From: Botryllus schlosseri
Lineage: Eukaryota
DNA length: 64,000 nt
Direction of reading: 5' to 3'
Assembly: GCA_051294905.1 (NCBI GenBank)
Contig: CM119386.1
Span: 5,890,001-5,954,000 of the forward strand
Under the pieces are notes generated by a model that did no database searches, was not told where the DNA came from, and saw nothing but the letters and a program-made list of their open reading frames with translations. Of the stretch, positions 63,207 to 64,000 are shown piece by piece (within the stretch, counting starts at the first letter, position 1; every line of letters begins with the position of its first letter). The translations under genes and the position numbers were made by a program.

Positions 63207-63710
63207 TCGGAAGTTTCGCCAGATGGTTAACGGAACAGCCGCTGTATATCGTGCTACGATTATTTTAGAAGTAAATATCTGAATTTGAAAAATCACAGTT
63301 AAATGTATGCCGCCCACAGCTTCCGACTAATCGTGGATGGCAATGCAGTGCATTGCCAAGTTTCATCGGCGTCAACAGCTGAGTTGTTATCTAAAGTCTG
63401 AGAACGTGTATCATTGTTTGCCGACTGACGCAGCCGAGCTAATTTGCACAAATCCAATGCGGCCTTTACCTGAATGCCGCCAACTCATCAGCTGAGAAAT
63501 GTGATAGATTTCACCAAACAAATCCGATATATAGAGAGGAGCATTTTTTCCATAAATCTTATTTCTTTGTTTGCAGATTGTGCAATGTGTTTTCGTTCGA
63601 GACACGAAAAACGCGAATTTCCTATCTTATAACCAACTCCCTGACTTTGAGTACCTTTTTCGTGCAAACGCTCTCGAAGTCACCGACTGGGAGCGCAACT
63701 TTCTCCTTAC

Positions 63711-63777
63711 CGTTTGCTGCTAAATATGAAAGTCAAGAAAGCTTGATATATCGGCATCTTCGCTTCACTATAAACTT
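63711..63777 (-). other. Maf: Candidate non-coding first exon of Maf
   Basis: Donor ACG|GTAAGG at 63711/63710 and acceptor tttttcaaattcAG at 63279 define a 432-nt intron, similar in size to the other two (275, 496). The 5' end is inferred from the TATA box. Confidence 0.5.
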
Positions 63778-63795
63778 AATCTGCAGTATTCCCCG

Positions 63796-63869
63796 TTTAT
63801 ATTTATACTTCCGGCTTATTCCATGGAGAAGCATTATGCGCTTCATACATTTGAGTCACCGTCAATTGG
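63796..63869 (-). promoter_or_regulatory. Maf: Candidate Maf core promoter: CCAAT, AP-1, ETS and double TATA
   Basis: On the minus strand: CCAAT 63869-63865, TGACTCA 63858-63852, CCGGAAGT 63814-63807, TATAAA 63807-63802 and 63801-63796, all just upstream of the candidate first exon. Confidence 0.55.
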
Positions 63870-64000
63870 AATGAGGAAATACCAGTATATCACATAAAGC
63901 AACTCTGTAGTGTTACCAATCCACCAGCGGGTGCATAAATTTTGAACGTCGGTGCCTGCAGAAGAAAAACTAGCAATAAATCAATTCACAACAACATGTT

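Noticed and set aside
63207-63317. N-terminal 37 codons of the 351-aa ORF-track Maf ORF (MGGIHLTV...)
   Set aside because: It runs through a clear splice acceptor at 63279 and has no Maf similarity; the conserved motif begins at M38 (63206).

Overview
Eukaryotic, animal DNA (about 40% GC by eye, GT-AG introns, abundant CpG). The compact intron-containing genes and MITE families fit an invertebrate chordate such as an ascidian, but the taxon cannot be established from sequence alone. Two genes are recognisable and they converge. (1) The terminal coding exon of WWOX (+, 56170-56361). (2) A complete large-Maf bZIP gene (-, CDS in three exons between 63206 and 61170, 421 aa), with a candidate non-coding first exon and a TATA promoter near 63.7-63.9 kb. 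This is the same tail-to-tail WWOX-MAF arrangement as human 16q23. I found no convincing upstream WWOX exon in the first 56 kb, so most of the window appears to be one very long last WWOX intron (at least 55 kb), starting from the same phase-0 position as human intron 8. The best candidate for a 'system' here is a conserved Maf genomic regulatory block housed in a bystander gene's giant intron (inference). The intron and intergenic DNA carry many non-autonomous hAT elements (several nested, with intact 8-bp TSDs, one with a transposase remnant), decayed retroelements, tRNA-derived SINE-like copies, an 84-bp tandem duplication and a 136-N gap. Apart from ORFs overlapping the Maf and WWOX exons and the transposase remnant, the ORF-track entries look like chance ORFs. 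No CRISPR, rRNA or prokaryotic features were seen.
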